Source: an uncultured Ruficoccus sp. (GTDB lineage: Bacteria; Verrucomicrobiota; Verrucomicrobiia; Opitutales; Cerasicoccaceae). From it: DNA of 20,285 nucleotides. The notes below the pieces were generated by a model. The model worked only from the letters and a program-made list of their open reading frames with translations, made no database searches and was not told the origin of the DNA. The translations under genes were made by a program, and so were the position numbers. Each line of letters begins with the position of its first letter. Position 1 is the stretch's first letter. Where the stretch lies: NCBI GenBank assembly GCA_965140785.1, contig OZ223512.1:1-20285 (forward strand), given 5' to 3'. Shown here piece after piece: positions 19,901-20,285 of this stretch.

Positions 19901-20285
19901 ACAAGCGGAGAATCTGTAGGTTCCTACGCCATTTTACAGGGAACATTGAGTGCCGGATCGAACTACGATTTAACTTTTGTGAGTAAAGACTTTAGCATCA
20001 CTCAAAAAGCAATAACGGTAACAGTTGATGCCGGGCAAACGAAAGTTTATGGACAAGCAGATCCGGCATTCACTTACACCACGTCAGCAACATTGGAAAG
20101 TGGCGATTCTTTCACCGGAGCACTTTCAAGAGCAACAGGAGAAGATGTAGGAAGTTATGCTATTACAATCGGAACACTGAGTGCCGGATCGAACTACGAT
20201 TTAACTTTTGTGAGTAAAGCTTTTAGCATCACTCAAAAAGCAATAACGGTAACAGTTGATGCCGGTCAGACAAAAGTTTACGGAG
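13913..20285 (+). CDS. Giant secreted multidomain adhesin-like surface protein (>2,120 aa; runs off the window end)
   Basis: ATG 13913 begins MIYKFTLLLGLLLFTGLTPLFA|DDPP (Sec signal peptide), and the frame is still in phase at the last codons (AGQTKVYG). Domains read manually: Ig/cadherin-like with inserted C-type lectin (~14372-14773), LamG-like region with APGG...LRVW and ESYLALKYGI (~14849-16080), 4x FYRT repeat (16115-16723), 4x Calx-beta-like (16736-18067), FN3 (~18071-18368), Ig-like (~18369-18610), MBG-like repeats (18611-end). Confidence 0.92.
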   Translation, partial: MIYKFTLLLGLLLFTGLTPLFADDPPVMSGNETSSPQYFTETNTPVALFPDFTIKDLEDDDIKGLTIHFSSGYQSNQDTLLFTNTSKIEGHFDDTQGALVLLGDASPDEYQAAMRSITYVNNAPLFSLIDGSQREFTISLANDNYFSQDLKLDNGHFYEYVNTPVEWIEAKAAASAKTYYGLKGYLATVTSENEKDFILSISDGTEQALWLGGSDEAIPDTWKWVTGPEDGTIFYQNGAVVSGKYENWSTGQPDDAGSVETSLQFFTSNGTWNDRQNGYTSGYIVEYGGMDGDPTINMTTTTTLKIDVVRPEAPGGIVDNLRVWFNANSGTSITNGNITSWEGQKPYGVNTTTVNDVAGDPSVVPNSANYNSVVSFDEDDAIRTTSRVPYTTYFNASSDRNTTFLVKKSTKGNVEAGYAYANGVTTERAGYFERAAGYQRSDYGKDKTILAGSTTMINKYIIARQDVQPGDFSLYLDGALERQIDKFSSLAGSSEGYLGFGANPDDFSFQSATDIAEYIIYASDLSPTEIKEVESYLALKYGISLNQTVATNYLASDGTVIWSATDNAGYATDIFGIGQDNASGLNQKVSRSVNNNNSPVLSTTANFSLSNADASRTALGEGNFMVMGHNNGTENSFTSSFNGGTNNRTDRVWKVDETGTVGEVYFAIPYAAVTFPSGGTPSVIISDDENFDDQDQVLPLTYNRTQGGYYARINPGDGDYIALAISEISVTLPTFYRTESIGDETTGITSYPSYSDFINNTNSTYTTFSQHWNFDDSFFADGVYFYRTNNAKTTVTRYPSLADLAAGTNGIVYNFTSGGSPQDWNDDDEFFASGDQFFRTASSNSLEKSTGLTAYNSFADLMTNTNGTFYAFTVNFNFEDQFFHDGEYFYRTNTHQSNNTQFGVARYASLSDLVASKTIDSPTFGPWSTNDDIFAVGITASFSVSKDTLTMAENAGKGEFTVVLDARPSTDVVLDIASDDTNEATVDKGQLTFTPDNWKVAQTITVTGVDDYIIRNDSAIVTVSVNTSSDNTFAALANQSVEIILEDDDVAGFTLSESALTIGENAGTGTFTVVLDAQPLNDVVFKVTSDDTNEATVEESTLTFTTANWNTPQAVTVTGVNDNIDRNDNATITVSVDDASSDDYFDALDDQKVAITLTNDDTAGFTVSETNLTVPENAGTGTFTVVLNTEPTTDVVLDVVSDKTAEATIDKSTLTFTSANWDTPQTVTVTGVDDDIDRDDTATITVMVKDASSDDPFDALTDQTAGITLTDDDTAGFTVSKIALTIDENAGTGSFTVVLNSEPTSDVVFDVTSDKTDEATIDKSTLTFTSANWDTSQTVTVTGVDDDIDRDDTATITVAVKDASSDDTFDALTDQTVGITLTDDDVAPTVSTSAVSSITSSSVTMGGDMSDKGSADVTETGVVYSSINASPEIGGADVTQDSNGAATGIFSETIGSLAPNTTYNFQAYAINSAGTSYGGVQSFTTKQTQTITFNSLSDKAYGNSDFDPSATASSGLTVSYSSSNTSVATIVAGKIHIVGVGSCTIYADQAGDDTYDVAAQVSQGLNITQKEITVTADAGQTKVYGDADPTFTYTTSATLESGDSFTGALSRATGEDVGSYAITIGTLSAGSNYDLTFVSKDFSITQKAITVTADAGQTKVYGDADPTYTYTASSALESGDSFSGVLSRTSGESVGSYAILQGTLSVGSNYDLTFVSKDFSITQKAITVTVDAGQTKVYGGADPTFTYTASSVLESGDSFSGVLSRTSGESVGSYAILQGTLSAGSNYDLTFVSKDFSITQKAITVTADAGQTKVYGQADPTFTYTTSATLESGDSFSGVLSRTSGESVGSYAILQGTLSAGSNYDLTFVSKDFAVTQKQITITADAGQTKVYGDADPTFTYTASSALESGDSFSGVLSRTSGESVGSYAILQGTLSAGSNYDLTFVSKDFAVTQKQITITADAGQTKVYGDADPTYTYTASSALESGDSFSGVLSRTSGESVGSYAILQGTLSAGSNYDLTFVSKDFSITQKAITVTVDAGQTKVYGQADPAFTYTTSATLESGDSFTGALSRATGEDVGSYAITIGTLSAGSNYDLTFVSKAFSITQKAITVTVDAGQTKVYG
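16736..18067 (+). repeat. Four tandem Calx-beta/cadherin-like coding repeats (333-336 bp, 111-112 aa)
   Basis: Units start at 16736, 17069, 17405 and 17741; conserved ENAGxGxFTVVL...EATxD...LTFTxxNWxxxQxxTVTGV(D/N)D...DD. Units 3 and 4 share long identical DNA stretches. Confidence 0.85.
18611..20285 (+). repeat. At least seven tandem 231-bp (77-aa) MBG-domain-like coding repeats plus a partial eighth
   Basis: Units start at 18611, 18842, 19073, 19304, 19535, 19766, 19997 and 20228; unit 1 is ITQKEITVTADAGQTKVYGDADPTFTYTTSATLESGDSFTGALSRATGEDVGSYAITIGTLSAGSNYDLTFVSKDFS. Confidence 0.92.

Overview
AT-rich window with Bacteroidota-like features (TAnnTTTG promoter element, gene families). From left to right: (i) the 3' part of a GH2 glycosidase with a malectin-like C-terminus, carrying two frameshifts; (ii) an 8,217-bp segment bounded by two related att-like sites (about 1201-1370 and 9347-9590). 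Each site has a hairpin, a 12-bp core CTGGTGCCCAGT that reads as a tRNA-like 3' end (CTGGGCACCA) on the minus strand, an IHF-like box and shared arm-like motifs. The segment carries tetR-MFP-RND-TolC (RND and TolC frameshifted), a divergent AraC gene and only a short integrase-like remnant; (iii) a regulator-rich stretch with a LuxR-type remnant, an AraC gene and a membrane-anchored LuxR-type gene, followed by a 5-copy, ~22-bp phased repeat; (iv) an ORF of more than 2,100 codons (13913 to the window end, missed by the ORF track) encoding a secreted modular adhesin: C-type lectin, LamG-like region, an unrecognised 4x ~52-aa repeat, 4 Calx-beta-like units, FN3, Ig-like and at least 7 MBG-like repeats. 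The most interesting signal is that both att-like sites look like element-element junctions, suggesting a tandem array of tRNA-targeted, integrase-deficient cargo modules.
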